DNA of 64,000 nucleotides from Pavona decussata (Eukaryota): NCBI GenBank assembly GCA_977016875.1, contig CDRNST010000034.1, positions 682,001 to 746,000 of the forward strand, read 5' to 3'. Shown piece by piece: positions 36,173 to 49,083 of this stretch (position 1 is its first letter; each line of letters starts with the position of its first letter). The notes under the pieces were generated by a model. It saw only the letters and a program-made list of their open reading frames with translations, ran no database searches and was not told where the DNA came from. The position numbers and the translations under genes were made by a program.

Positions 36173-38098
36173 TATGTCTAAACCTCCGTTCAAAGCCTAC
36201 TTGAAGCTCAACAGTTGGGCCGCCATCTCGTACATAAAGCTCGTTCGTCCTGGATGTAATTGGCCCCATTTAATAGTAGAATGGAGGGCGAGTACAAACT
36301 GTATCTTTGTGTGACAAGGATGCCATATGACAGCTCTGGTGTATCCTCTTTCGCCTCTTCACAGCTGCTAAGCTTAGACTGAGCTCTTCTCTAGCGGCTA
36401 GTGGTTTACTTAATTTACGTAGAATGATTTATGCAGCATACCAATTCAGTTGTGCACACTGTTCACTGAATGATTGAAGTACGAAAACTCCCAGGCGTTA
36501 GTACCCAGGGCCCTGTTGGCGACGTCGAAAGGGGGGGAGGATGGAGGGGAGGGGAGGGAGCGTTAACAGCGATCAAGCAAGAAAGGTTTTCCATTGGATA
36601 CAGCGGCAGGTTATCCCACTGCTTTTTTCCGCGATTATTAATTTTTTTTGTCTTCGGATTTTCAAGTTTTCTTCAACTTTGTTTCTCAGCAGATAAAAGG
36701 ACTGCATCGCCGCTGGACCTAGTCTCCCCTTTTTTGGGATGTCACGCAACCCTGCGTGACAGCCCAAAAAACGGCTGCGAGGCAACGGGCCCCTGGAGAT
36801 ATTTCACAGTTAAATTGTCGAGAATTGGCCCAAGCAATTACTTTTCACAACTTCAATGTCTATAACTGGGATAACAGTGTCATATATTTGGAATCTCTGA
36901 TAAATGTATCTCCTTTGACAACGTTAAATCAGCCATGCTCTATTTCGGTTTAACACTAATTATTAAACGCATTTTTGACAAAATCCCCTATCACACAGAA
37001 ATTAAGCCTGTTATGCGTTTCTCACTCTCTTCTCCCGCCACACCCTATGCAGGGCGGAGGAAGAGGGAGTTTTGAGACAAGACTAACTTAGGCTCAGACA
37101 AATTCGTATATAGAATTAACAACTCGTGAAAAGCACAGAAAACGAGGATGCTCTTACTCAAATGCCGACATGATACTAAAGAGACTAGTCGTGTTAATGT
37201 TTTTTCATTTAACGTGTTTAATTTCGCAGACCTTTGACTCTGTTGACTCTGTTAACCACTTATCTTTAAATTCCTTCATTGAATGAATTGGACAATTGAT
37301 CGTTATGCCGCGGACACCGAAGGGTAATGTGTCCTCCTTTTTATATAGGGCTGTCAAAACACACCGATGGTTTTGCTACGGTGTTTGGGGTACAATGTCA
37401 GCCAGGAAGGAAGAAAGAAAAGAGAGAGAAAAAGTCATCCTTTCTCTGTTTCTTTTTAGCCCACGAAAAAGGTGTGTTGAGGTTATAGGGAGGGGGGTAC
37501 TCGTTAAATTTCTTCGGAGAGGCTCCGTTCGGATTTTCAACCCGTTACCTTTTCACATACATTTAATGTCCCCCTTTCTTATACCCAGGCTAAAGGAAAG
37601 CCAGAGGCAGACTAATATATTCTACTTGGTGGCAGGCGTAATCTTTGCGCTGTAATTTCTGCCACAAGTTTCCTCTCAGCCTTTCAGTGCAGTACCTTGG
37701 ATTGTTATTGCTATCCGTTCGGTTCAAAGGCTATTCTTGCGACCCCTTGAAACACTAAAATTTTTAATTTCGCTACCCTTTCACACGCTACGAGGATGAA
37801 AAAGGCGCCCCCTTCAGGTAGAATCTCTCTGTATAGCCCTCAATGTAGAGTACCCCTCGTGTTTGAAAATAGAAGTAAAAAGAAAACCTTTGTCTGAAAA
37901 AAGGTGATCCCACAAACAATAACCATTGTGATTTAATTGTAGAAACAAGCTTTTTTGTACAGTAGCAAATTAGATGTGCAATAATGACTGACAGAATTTT
38001 CGGTATTTGGACCAACAACAGAAAAAGCGACGTTTTATATTCAGCAAATTTATTCTTCTTCATTGCATCACACTCCATAACTCTACATCTACAACAGC

Positions 38099-39390
38099 TC
38101 AACTGAAAGTTCGGTCTGCTACCATCTACTTAAGTTTTTCGACACTTGACACGAGCAAAAACTTGAGATGCCATTTCGGCAAACGCTCTATTTAATTCGC
38201 TGAGGATCAACTGCATTCACTTTCCGTTCAGGCCGCAGTCATCATGAACCACCTTAGTAGGAGTAACATACTGATAATCCGGATGGATACACATGTATTC
38301 ACTGCAAAAAAACATGCAAGATTAGATAAGTTGGTTATAGGCAAGACCACATTCCTCGGCATTTCAATGGAACACAATTCTAACATGAGGAAAACAGTGA
38401 ATCTGCATTCTGCTCACGCGACTCAGGGCATCCACATTAAATGGATAATAAACAGAGCCGGGTCATCTTTACTTAAAAGTTGTTTGGTATACTAGGTTCA
38501 AATTCTCATTACAAACGAAAAGTGTCAATCGACAAGCATAACATTAAGTAAGAATTTAGAATGAACTCACTAATGAGGCCAGGTCTGGACAGTCCTGCAT
38601 CGCCCACGTTTGCCAGTATTTTTATACATGCAGCAATTGCCGTCATACCCAGCGCAACCTTTTTGGCAAGGTGCTATACAGGCGCGACGTTCAAGGAAGC
38701 CCTACAAGTAAAACAAAACTGATACACATTAAGGCCATTCAATGATAATCGTTTGTCACGGTAAATTTAATCTCAGAATGCAATGAACTTGGCAAAATAG
38801 AAATGGCTTTCACAATATGACCGAACAGCTGTGCATAAAAAACTTTTTCTCATTCCTAACAGACAACTATCGAGGGTACCCAACAGTTCGTTTCGGGGAA
38901 ATATCTGTTTGGAATGACCTTCCCCGCCTCACAAGTTCGGATTAAATTGTGGAGAAAAACTAGCGTTTTTTTTAGTGAAAGGTCATCTCATACTTTCACA
39001 ACGCTGAAAAATCAATCCACTTTGTTTTCGTCGATAAAAGTGCAAGAAAGCCTTGCTAACACTTTCTCAAAAGCGAACAGCAACTCCTGAACTCAGGAAA
39101 TAAGATTTCATTCCCTAAAGTTTTCGACAATTTAATTTTTCAGCTAAAGAATCCGAACAGATCAAGCTATGTTAGTTCACACATAAACGGGAGCTCCTGG
39201 TATATAATGACGTGGGTGCACACGAAACAAATATTAATTTTTTTCCTTTAATGTTCTCATCAGGTGCCCCTAAACTAATACTACTCACCATAAACTGCTT
39301 GTACGCCTCACTGTTTTGGCCTGGCTTGGCACTAACCATGGCAACGGCAGCAAAAACAGCCAAAAAGATGAGAGCCAATTTTGATGCCAT
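38099..39390 (-). CDS. Secreted cysteine-rich prepropeptide (78 aa; candidate antimicrobial or toxin-like peptide)
   Basis: Exons 39390-39289 (MASKLALIFLAVFAAVAMVSAKPGQNSEAYKQFM, donor GTGAGT), 38701-38571 (acceptor tttacttgtag; GFLERRACIAPCQKGCAGYDGNCCMYKNTGKRGRCRTVQTWPH-TA, donor GTGAGT), 38102-38099 (T-TGA). AATAAA at 38054-38049. Signal peptide, propeptide ending in RR, 6 Cys. Possible non-coding first exon ends at the AAG|GTAAAG donor at ~40946. Confidence 0.8.
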
Positions 39391-41140
39391 AACGCCTTTA
39401 TTTGAGATTAACTGACGAAAAAGCAAACAAACAAATTATCAGAAGGTGATTTAGTAACTGTCTATACGTTTGCTTTTGGGCATTTGAAAATAGGCGAAAA
39501 TGTGGAAAGCACGACTAGGCTGGTAAGGTATCTTTTCAGAACTAGAAATGTGATGCTATGTAAATGATTACATGTGTATTTTCGGCAGTCACTGACACAG
39601 TCACAGTCGAAAATGTCACAGGCCAGCTTGTCAAAATTTCCTAAATTTAAAACGGAGTTCGTTTTTTTAAGAGACTGGACTCTTTAATTCACCCTTAAAC
39701 TGAGCCTCTTTACAACTTAGCAGTGACAATGGATTTTCGCAGGAGCCCTAATCAGGGATCCATCCTTGATTAGGGCTCCTGTCAGGGAGAACTACGTAAG
39801 TTATCAGTATCATGAACTATTATGTAAGAAAAGCTGATAACCTATAAACATTTCTATGGAAGTTGATGAAACAATTGCATCAGAGAGGCAGTTCCAGTCC
39901 GCTATAATTCTTGGTTAAAACGAAAATTTAAAAATGTCTTCACTTGCATATGGCACGCGAAAATTAAATTGATGGCGTCACCTCGTGCGGCTTTCGAGGT
40001 GATGAATTAAATATTTTCGGCTAACTATATCAATAAGACCGTGAGTTAGTTTATACATAAGTGTTAGTCTAAACTGCCTTCTTCTCGTTTCCAGTGTGGC
40101 CCACCCTAACTCTTTAATCATGTCCGTAACACTCGCATAAGTGTTGTAATTTTGTGAGTAGAACCGTGCCGCTTTACGTTGAACCCTTTCCAGAGCACTG
40201 ATATCTTTCTTTAAGAAGGGGTCCCAAGCCGCGCTTGCATATTCCAGCTTCGGTCGTACTAGGGATGTATATGCAAGTAGTACGAATGAAATAAAGTTAT
40301 TTTCAAGTGACGTTTTCTTTGGTTTTATTGTCGTCGCTGCTTAAATTTCCCTATAATATGCGGGAATATGGCGGGAGTCTCCTCGTTTTTCACGCACGCA
40401 CAGTATCTAAACCAGACAAGCCGAAAGCACCCTAAACCGGCGAGTCGACAAGTCGACTTCTAACTGGACTCCAAGAAAACGAACTTCGAGAAGTCTTGTA
40501 TCAAGTCGACAGTACTGATTTGATGTATTTACTTTTATTTATATTAGGCAGGATTTTTAAGGGTTTTACCCGTCACCACAATCCTAACATTACACTTCAC
40601 CACTTTATTTCATTATAAAATTTAAGGAGACATGCGCGACTCCAGTGATTTAACACTGACTGGCAAAACATGATCACAGCTCATGATTTGTCCGTGATCA
40701 CAAGCACGATGACAGAGTCCAATGCCATCGTATGATAAACAACACGTTCACAAAATTCGATCAGGCAACTTACTAACTGAACATGCAATTTTAGAATCTT
40801 CCATAATCGTTTTACCTTTAAAAGTTTGAGTTTCCAATTTTCTGAGCTGCTTTAAAAGGTGCGGGTATTCAGCTTTCAAACCGTTGCATCATTCACAAAC
40901 CGGTCTAGGCAGGCAACCCTTGTAATATAACACTAAAAACTTTACCTTGCAGTTATCACAAGGTACGATCAAAAAAGTCCCATTTCGTCACAAATTACAA
41001 GACAAACAACACAAAACTCGAACACACGATTAATTTTGCCACGAGCGTTTTAACATTGAAAGTGCGTGCATCGATACTTTTCTCAGTATCCAGTTTTCAA
41101 ACAATCAGGCAAGAAGTTCGCACCATATCGTTGTGCAAGA

Positions 41141-41960
41141 ATGTCTTCTGCAGAAGGCGAGGTACAGGCTGTAAATCGAAAACTACTTAGGCGACCTTCT
41201 TTTTAGTTTAGTTGGTTTTTTCATAACTTGTTCCTCCTACGCAGATTGTGAACCAAGACGAAACCCCACCCGAAACGATGGAAGAGGAATCGAAAACAAC
41301 AACTAAGTCCAAAGGTAAACTTTAAATAGTTTTTACATGTAAAAGTTGAGGAAAACGCCAGGAAAGAAAATTCCTGGTAGCCACACATAGACATTAACAA
41401 CTGACAAACGACAATAATTAACATCTCGGCTTTGCTGACCAATCAGGTCAACAACCAGAGAAATTTATACCAAGTACTGACATTCCACACTCTGAAGATG
41501 ACTTCCGCTCGGGTTGTCGAAATGTCAGTCGATGTCACCTCAAACAGTCCTTCTCAGGACTTCACTCACCCGTATGATCATAATTTACGTATACATAATA
41601 ATATCATTTTTATTAGCCTTAACTTGAGTGGTCCTTAGCTCTCAATCGTCGTAGAACTTGTCCTTACAACTACGCAACTTTTTGAAACGGAAATAAAAGT
41701 GTCAAGAGTCTCAATAACATTTGAGTTTCTTCATTGCCTTTAATGACGTGTTAAAGCCGAACTTAAAATTAACACACTCATTGTCTTATTCATTCATTCT
41801 TTTCGTTTTCTTAGGTCCGTTGTCAAGGGTATCCAAAGTCTCCGGAGATTTGCCTGCAGCATTTTTGATGCTGGAGAAGATAGAAAGGCCGAACACCCCA
41901 GGGTGTCTGTCCAGCTACAAGCTATATAACGAGGATAGGGAGACCGGTCGTTACACTTAG
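41141..41960 (+). CDS. Small hypothetical protein (78 aa, 3 exons), divergent from the peptide gene
   Basis: Exons 41141-41161 (MSSAEGE|GTACAG), 41245-41314 (after cttgttcctcctacgcag; IVNQDETPPETMEEESKTTTKSK-G|GTAAAC), 41815-41960 (after ttttcgttttcttag; PLSRVSKVSGDLPAAFLMLEKIERPNTPGCLSSYKLYNEDRETGRYT*). Both junctions keep the frame. No homologue recognised. Confidence 0.55.
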
Positions 41961-42967
41961 TAGTTTGAATGGCATAACATTATCATAACCTTAAAAGAAT
42001 TGATGATTTCTTCACAAATTTTCATGGAAATTCCCGCCACAGTCTTAAAACACGTTAGCGTGTTCAATCACAGGAGCTTGTAAAAGAAAGAATGAATGAA
42101 ATTAAAATGTTCAAGTTACGTTTTCGTTTGCTGTTGTTTTGTATCCTGTGCATTTGCATCCAAGTTGGTAGACCCAAAAGCACAACAGTCGTGTGCTAGC
42201 TCTTTTATGCCCGAGCGGATCTGAGGCTTATTGTTTAAAGACTGGATAATGTTCTGATCCACTTTGTAAGTCACTATCCGCCGGGCAATTAAGATGTGGG
42301 AATTTCAGTGTAAGCTTATGAAAACTAGAACTAGTTGTCGAAATTGGATTCCACTGTATCTCCAGGGAAAATGTTCACGGTCTTCACGCAAATCAATCTT
42401 GAAAAAAATACAGATAATCAATAATAGTTTTATCCAGTTGAAAATATCTGATGAAAACCTCTTTCACCTTTCTACGCAATTTTTACGTTCGTTTCGTTCA
42501 TTATGTGACGGTTTTCTTCCATCTCCTTGATCATCGTCCATTCAGATGACACTTCCAGTTATTTTGGACATTTTATTTTATGTATATCAATAGATTTTTC
42601 ACTTTACCTCATTGTTTTGGGCGAACTTCCATAATGCGTCTCGTGCCTGTCTTTATACTATAAACGCATTTTCAATACCACACCGGAACAACAAATGTTT
42701 GCCTAAGTTCGTCCCGTGACGGAAAATCTGTCCTCTAGCATAAAAGACGCCACTGAAACGTTCAGCGTTGTTGTGAGGTGAAATTCACGTGGCCATCAAA
42801 TGCCTGGCACCCAGAGGGAAAAATATATGGTAAAAAATGCCCAACTAGTGCAGGGGAGGATACTAAAAATCACACACTTGGCTACTTTTTTCCTATTTTT
42901 TGAGCAATATCTTCATGGCTTAGGTTGAAACTGAGATTTTAAACCAAAGCGCATTAAAACTGCTCAT

Positions 42968-43190
42968 TTGGAGACGATATATAGGCGACATATTTTGTCT
43001 ATGGACTTTAAACAGAGAGGAGATAATGCAGTTCATTGGGCAAGCAATCAAACACTATCCCACAGTAAATTTACGGCTGAAATTTCAGAAACAGAAACGA
43101 CATTTCTTGATACAAACATTTATAAAGGCGAAAGATTCAGAAGCAATTCAGTTCTTAGCACTTCAAGCCTACTGAAACTTTTCAATATAC
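42968..43190 (+). mobile_element. Penelope-like retroelement reverse transcriptase fragment
   Basis: WRRYIGDIFCLW (degenerate YIDD), then after a frameshift KFTAEISETETTFLDTNIYKGERF, typical of PLE RT C-terminal motifs. Confidence 0.8.
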
Positions 43191-45409
43191 GCAAGAACCA
43201 TAATCAGGGATGGAGAACGTAACGAGATGCCATTTTGACTTGTGGGCTTGTCCCCAATTGTGTTGTACCAAATATCTATTTTTAGAAAAACTTACGTCGT
43301 ACGCGCGCGACGCGCACGTGTGAAAATGGTCAGGATTGCACGTGGAGAATTGAGAATTTCTCCATCCATTCAAAATGGCGTCCAATTTCTAAAATTTTGC
43401 CAGGGAAGAGATCTTATCGTTGCCCACATTTAAATACCAGACTCTCACAACGAAAAGGTAACAATTGAAAGAAGACGCTAAAAGTTGGAATAAAAGCATA
43501 CTGATCACATGACTCTCGCGGTAAAGTCAAAAAGGCGCCAAAACGGTGGCGCTGTGTGCCTTGCTACTGTTGAATGAATGAAAAAAGCTTACACTTCTAA
43601 GGACATGTACTCAGACACGTAACTTTAGTGAATTTTTCTCAGCTGCTTTCTGTCCCTTTTGCCAGTATGATATGGTTCAAACAGTTGCCGAAAAATGTCT
43701 AAAATTCAGTTATTTGTTGTTGGAGAGAGTATAAACAGTTGTGGAAAGTTATGATGCTGCAAACAGTTCGGTGTTACCCAGTTTTCGCAACCTCCATATT
43801 GAGCTCTGTCAGCTTTTGCTGTTTTCTTGCTCACGTTGAACGCTTTTTGTTGCTTGGAATCAAGTTCCGTGGCCATGCAAAGGAAGAAGCAAAACAACAA
43901 CCGGCTTCATGGATGGACTTTCGAATTACGCTAAAAATTATATCAGCTTAATACCTACTCACATTTGTAAAACCGCAGCCGTTTTCTTAGCTATATTAAA
44001 ACAAAGCTTATTACTGATGCCGCGATTAAAAAAAAAAAGCTGTAGAGGATGCATTTGACTGTAACCGACACCGAGTTGAAACATTTGGATTGGTTTCAGG
44101 GTTTTAGTCAAGATACGTAATTCAAAATAAGGTAAAAAAATCTCCTCTGTCATTTTAGCTTAAGCTTAATAAACTTATTTGTTTTTACTCCCGCGGACAT
44201 GCATGAAAACTTGTCATTTGTCTGCTAGTAGTTTTGCCTTTTCACCTCTTTAGATCTTAAGTTCTGCCGGAGGCATTCTGTGAATTATTAGCTTATTTTG
44301 ATGTTAAAGTTGCTAGTTTGCTGCTGAGGAAATTTATCCAGCGCACTCATAGAAAAAAGAAAGAGTTTGAAAACGGATAAGAATGTGTTTACAGCATTGC
44401 CCTTTCGATGACCATAGAAATCAACAACTAATAAACGGATGAACATTCATCTCAAATTTTACGTGTAATACTTTTTGAAAGCAGTAAGCTAACAGCCGTC
44501 ACAAGAAGCTGTAAGCTTTTCGGCAAAAAGAAGTCATCGAGAAACTCGCTTCTGATTGATCGGTTGAAAAATTGGACACTGATCTGTGAAAGAAAGCTAC
44601 TCAGTTTGGCAGCTTTTAGCTCGTCTCCTCAAGGACTTACCACCAATTTGAAATAAATGGTTGAAACTGACTTCTCAAATAAAATTTACGTTTATAGTTA
44701 TCAACATTGCAGAGAATATTTTTCTATTGTACTGCTGTTTTCTCAGTACTCAGCCAGGAGAATTTCCTAGAGTTGTCCCCAATTGAAGCTTTAGTTTACA
44801 GCTGTAGTTTAGTAAGGTTAGATGGGGGAACTTAAACATGTAAGGGATAATAAAATGTTATCAGTTTCACATTTAAAGTATTTAAAAGTTATATAATTTT
44901 GTCGAAACCGAACTAGATTTTCTCTTCCATTTTAGTATAAATCTACTAGTGTTCTATCACGAATGCTGTTCTCCGATTGGCTACGCTACTCGCTATCTAG
45001 TCTGTGATAGATAGTGAGTAGCAGTTTTCAACAAAATGGCGTCAGCTTCGTCGCGCATGGGTTTTCGAAGTGTCTGCGATGAGGAAATAGATAATTTACT
45101 TGTTTAGTTTTGAACGACAAGTAGAATTATACTAAAACAATTTGTGGACCCCACGCTTACGGTCTCCATCCCTGATTATGCATGGCTTCTGATTTAACGT
45201 ACGGAGCTCAGTGAAAAGGAGCCAGTACTAATATTTGTCAAATCAGTCCGCAGACATCACGTACTGACGAAATTTCCCAAAAAGTTGTCGCATCCTATTA
45301 CATCACTGAATACAAATAAAAATTTACTAATATAAAACGCTCAAATATGGTCAAAACTAAGAAGAAAGATGCGTGAAAAACACATTATTTTGGTTAGTGT
45401 TTACTTTAA

Positions 45410-46388
45410 GGAGGCTCGCAGCAGTTTTTCCGGACTTAGGGTGGAAGTTTTGAAATTGCAATCTCGCATACCAGATAAACTTCGATCTCTTTCATACTAC
45501 ATCATCATCTCAACAAATGATCAAAGTTACTTTTCTCATCGGTTTCCAAGCAACAGCTATTACCATAGCAACAGTAGCGCATAGCCTCTCATTTTAAATA
45601 TTGTCGATTATCTCCAAATCTAATCAGACACTTTATGACGAAACTTTAGGGATTTAAACTACTCAATCTAGACAACTTGTTGGCGAAATTAGAAAAAAGT
45701 CTGTAAAAGCGTTTTCAAGTAAATAATGAAAGAAATTTCTACGGGGTGATTTTGTTTATTCCCGCATCTTTTACCAATATCTCTTGCAAAATGAAACTTG
45801 ACACTTTGTCTTTGCTGATAAAAGGTCTTTCCCCATAGAAAAAACATTCTTAATGTATATTGAGCTTCATGGGTGTCTCCGATTTTAAGATATTTATGTT
45901 TGAATATAGTTAAAATAAAGTGCAGATGAATGAAAAAGTTTCTACTTTGCATAAATCGAGAAATCTTTAAAATACCTCCACAGATTTTTCTGTTAAAGTT
46001 ACAAGCGATCAGAGTAAGAATTCTTTTCGATATTCACACAAGTTTGAGGCTCAAAAACCGAAACCGTTGATAGATAAGAAGGCTGAATCTTGGTCAAGTT
46101 TCAGTCGTTATTCGCTTTCTCCGAACAAGAGTTTTATTTTGTTTGTCCCGGTCTATTTCACAGCTATTCACGTGCTTTAAATATTCATGATTACGTGAAG
46201 TCGTGCAGAAGGTTAAATTTACATAAATGTATGCTCCTGCTTCTCAAGTCTTGCATTGTAAATTTTACCTTTTGAATAAACAAAATCACCCAATATGCGA
46301 GTATCAAGGAGAACCAAGTTTATCTTGTATGCGAGAAAGTAATTTCAAAACTTCCACCCTAAGTCCAGAAAAACTGCTGCGAGCCTCC
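45410..46388. mobile_element. Non-autonomous DNA transposon with ~88-bp TIRs and TTAA target duplication (Kolobok-like)
   Basis: TTAA|GGAGGCTCGCAGCAGTTTTTCCGGACTTAGGGTGGAAGTTTTGAAATT ... AATTTCAAAACTTCCACCCTAAGTCCAGAAAAACTGCTGCGAGCCTCC|TTAA. 5'-RR termini with TTAA fit Kolobok better than piggyBac. Confidence 0.85.
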
Positions 46389-48788
46389 TTAACTTGCAAC
46401 AGATCACGATTTTAACCGTCCTATATTTTTATGTTTGCATGATGCAGAAAAAAGTTACTTCAATTTTTCTTCGAAGAAATAAAACTTAATTGTGAAAAGA
46501 GTTTAAGATAGATGAAAAGTAGCTCAGTTTTTTTGGAAAATAAGTAATGGCGTGTGCTTGTATGTTTGCTGAAAAAGTTAAAATTTCGTGCAATGGAATT
46601 CTTCCCGCCAAAACCATTGTGCCCTTGAAAGTTAGCGTCCTTGTTAAACAGCCACCTTATATCTATAAATTTAACATGAATTAACATTGTTTAGAAATGT
46701 GCATTTGTTGTGTCTTAACCTTGGTTGAGAATGCCGCGCAAAATTTTGAAGTTAAGCGTCCTTTTTTGGACAAAGTCATCCATGAATTAACATTGATCGG
46801 AATATACATTAGCTGTATCTCATCTTTGGTTGAGAATGGCGCGCAAAAATTCATTATGCAGCCCCAAGTTTTGGCGCCAAAACTATTGCGACCTGTTGAA
46901 CTGCTGTAAGTTATATAACGTGTGGAAAATAACTAAACATCAGGTAATGAAATCTATCAAGCAGGTTGAGTTTTATACTCAAATGTAACTTTTCTTTTTT
47001 TACTTATGTCAGTGACAGCGAAGATGTGCGTTTTTGCTCAATGGTGTCTTTGAACCGATCCTACAAAAATTCTACGTTTCAAAGCTGAAGGACATGAAAC
47101 GTGTTATTTTCGCAGAGGAATGTTTCTAGATGTTCGCCGAGAAGTTATGATCTTAATCAGCTATAATAATTTAAATACAAACTGAGCCAGGGCAATATAC
47201 AAACGAGATACCAGAAGTAAAAGAAAAGGGCGGGAAAAGAGATTTTGTAATTCTCTGTTCTGATGTTGATTGCAATATAACTGCAAAATAGTAAACTCTT
47301 CTCGTTAAGAAACTCGTAATTAAAAGATTGATTTCGTCAAAAACTGATACAAGCTAGATAGAAAATTGTAATATTCGATACTACTCGTCAGTACCGAGGT
47401 GCTCAGTCTTACCTGTGGATTGAAGCTGTAAAGTAATTACACGTTTGAGGCTGCAGCTCAAGTGATGGCTCGTGCTGAATAAGTTTATGTATTTGTAACA
47501 ACCTCACTAATCTGCAGCTAATCTGCTTTATTGTCCAATGGGTGAATGGAACGACGATTTAATTGGTTTAGCCTTTCGATAAATCCAGAACACACTAATC
47601 CTGTAAAGACCAGTAACGAAATGTAGTAACTCGATGGAAAAACATAAATAGACAAACGTTTTGCTCTCCTGGTGTAATTTATCCTGTAATCGAAAGATTT
47701 CTAGCCGTGTGCTTTTATTTTCTACGTAAAATTCGCATTCGTCGAAATGTAATATAGATCAAAAATTACTTTAAAAGCACTGCGCCTTCAAAGATTAGTG
47801 CTCTTGTTGGACACAATGGATAAATAATTCTAATTATATATGACAAGATTGAATTGAATTGAATTGAATTGACATACATTAACATGTCGTAATAGCTTTC
47901 CATTGGTAAATTGCGCGCTAAATTGACAATATGGAACATTAAATTATCGCGCCTAACCTGGCCATTATGACCAAGGAAATATATTTTACCCGTAAAATTA
48001 GTTTTACATTTTATTTAATATCACGAGGTCGTGGACTTTATGGAAACTTTATTTAAATTGTCCTCCCTAATTCTAAAATAAGTTGGTATTTTACAACCGA
48101 AAGTGCCCAAAGACAAAGAATTGCTTTATTAACTAGACGCTTTTATGGCAAATAAATTCTCACAATAGCAAGATAAGAGCGGTTTCCAATAGGACATTTT
48201 TACTATGGCGTCATTTTTGCTACAACTAAGAGAATCCTTCTGGTTTTTGTTTTCTCATGCTAGTTAGAGCTATTGTTTTTTGCTCTCCATTGGCGCCAAG
48301 CGCCGGAAAACGCGTGCGGCAAAAACACGATTGGTTTTGGTTTGGATTCCCATTGGTTGACAAAGTGGCGCGAGTTTTGTTAACTAATCACAGAGCGTAG
48401 TAAAGTAAAACCAAAGGAAACGTGAATTACTTTCGACATTGAATTGAAAACCGCTCAATCGCAAACAGAAATGACCTACGAAACTACTGGAATTTGTTTT
48501 GAAGTTTAACTTCCTTCGGTGTTATTCTTGTTTTGAGAGCCGAAGTTGTGCACTACAGCAAAAATACGCCGACCTGCCTGAAGCAGGCCGCCAAATATCA
48601 AATTATGCTGAATAAGTTGTTGTTAATGAATGTTCGTTAAGAAATGTGGTTACTCAATGGAAAAAAATAGAAAAATACTTTCCGACTGTTTTGCTCTACT
48701 GATGTAAATTTAGCCTGCAATGAAATGTGTGAAGCCGAGGTGTTTTAAATTTTTTTGTAAGATTCCCCTTTCTCAAATTTCTTTGTAA

Positions 48789-48808
48789 TTAACAATTATT
48801 CCACGAGC

Positions 48809-48866
<58 letters not shown>

Positions 48867-49083
48867 AATCATCTCATATCCAACAAGCGCAAGTGGAATA
48901 ATTGTTTTATTAAAAACAATCAAGAAATATTGCTAGATCTTACTGATTTCGCTGTGCAAGAACAACCAGAAGACAATTTAATGGTCGTCATTTCTCGGCC
49001 ATGGTATAATGGCTCATATACCATGGCCGCTAAGCCAATCAAATCCCTCGAATTGCATTATACAATGATTCAGTTTTTAATAA
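48789..49083. repeat. Palindromic interspersed repeat (degenerate inverted copy ~22990-23250)
   Basis: acaattattccacgagcgcgcgttggatatgagatgat ... atcatctcatatccaacaagcgcaagtggaataattgt hairpin. Confidence 0.65.

Noticed and set aside
42605-42660. TATA box plus ATG AG|GTAAAG as the first exon of a minus-strand gene
   Set aside because: No compatible coding exon was found downstream, and splicing to the peptide gene puts this ATG out of frame. It cannot be supported without transcript data.
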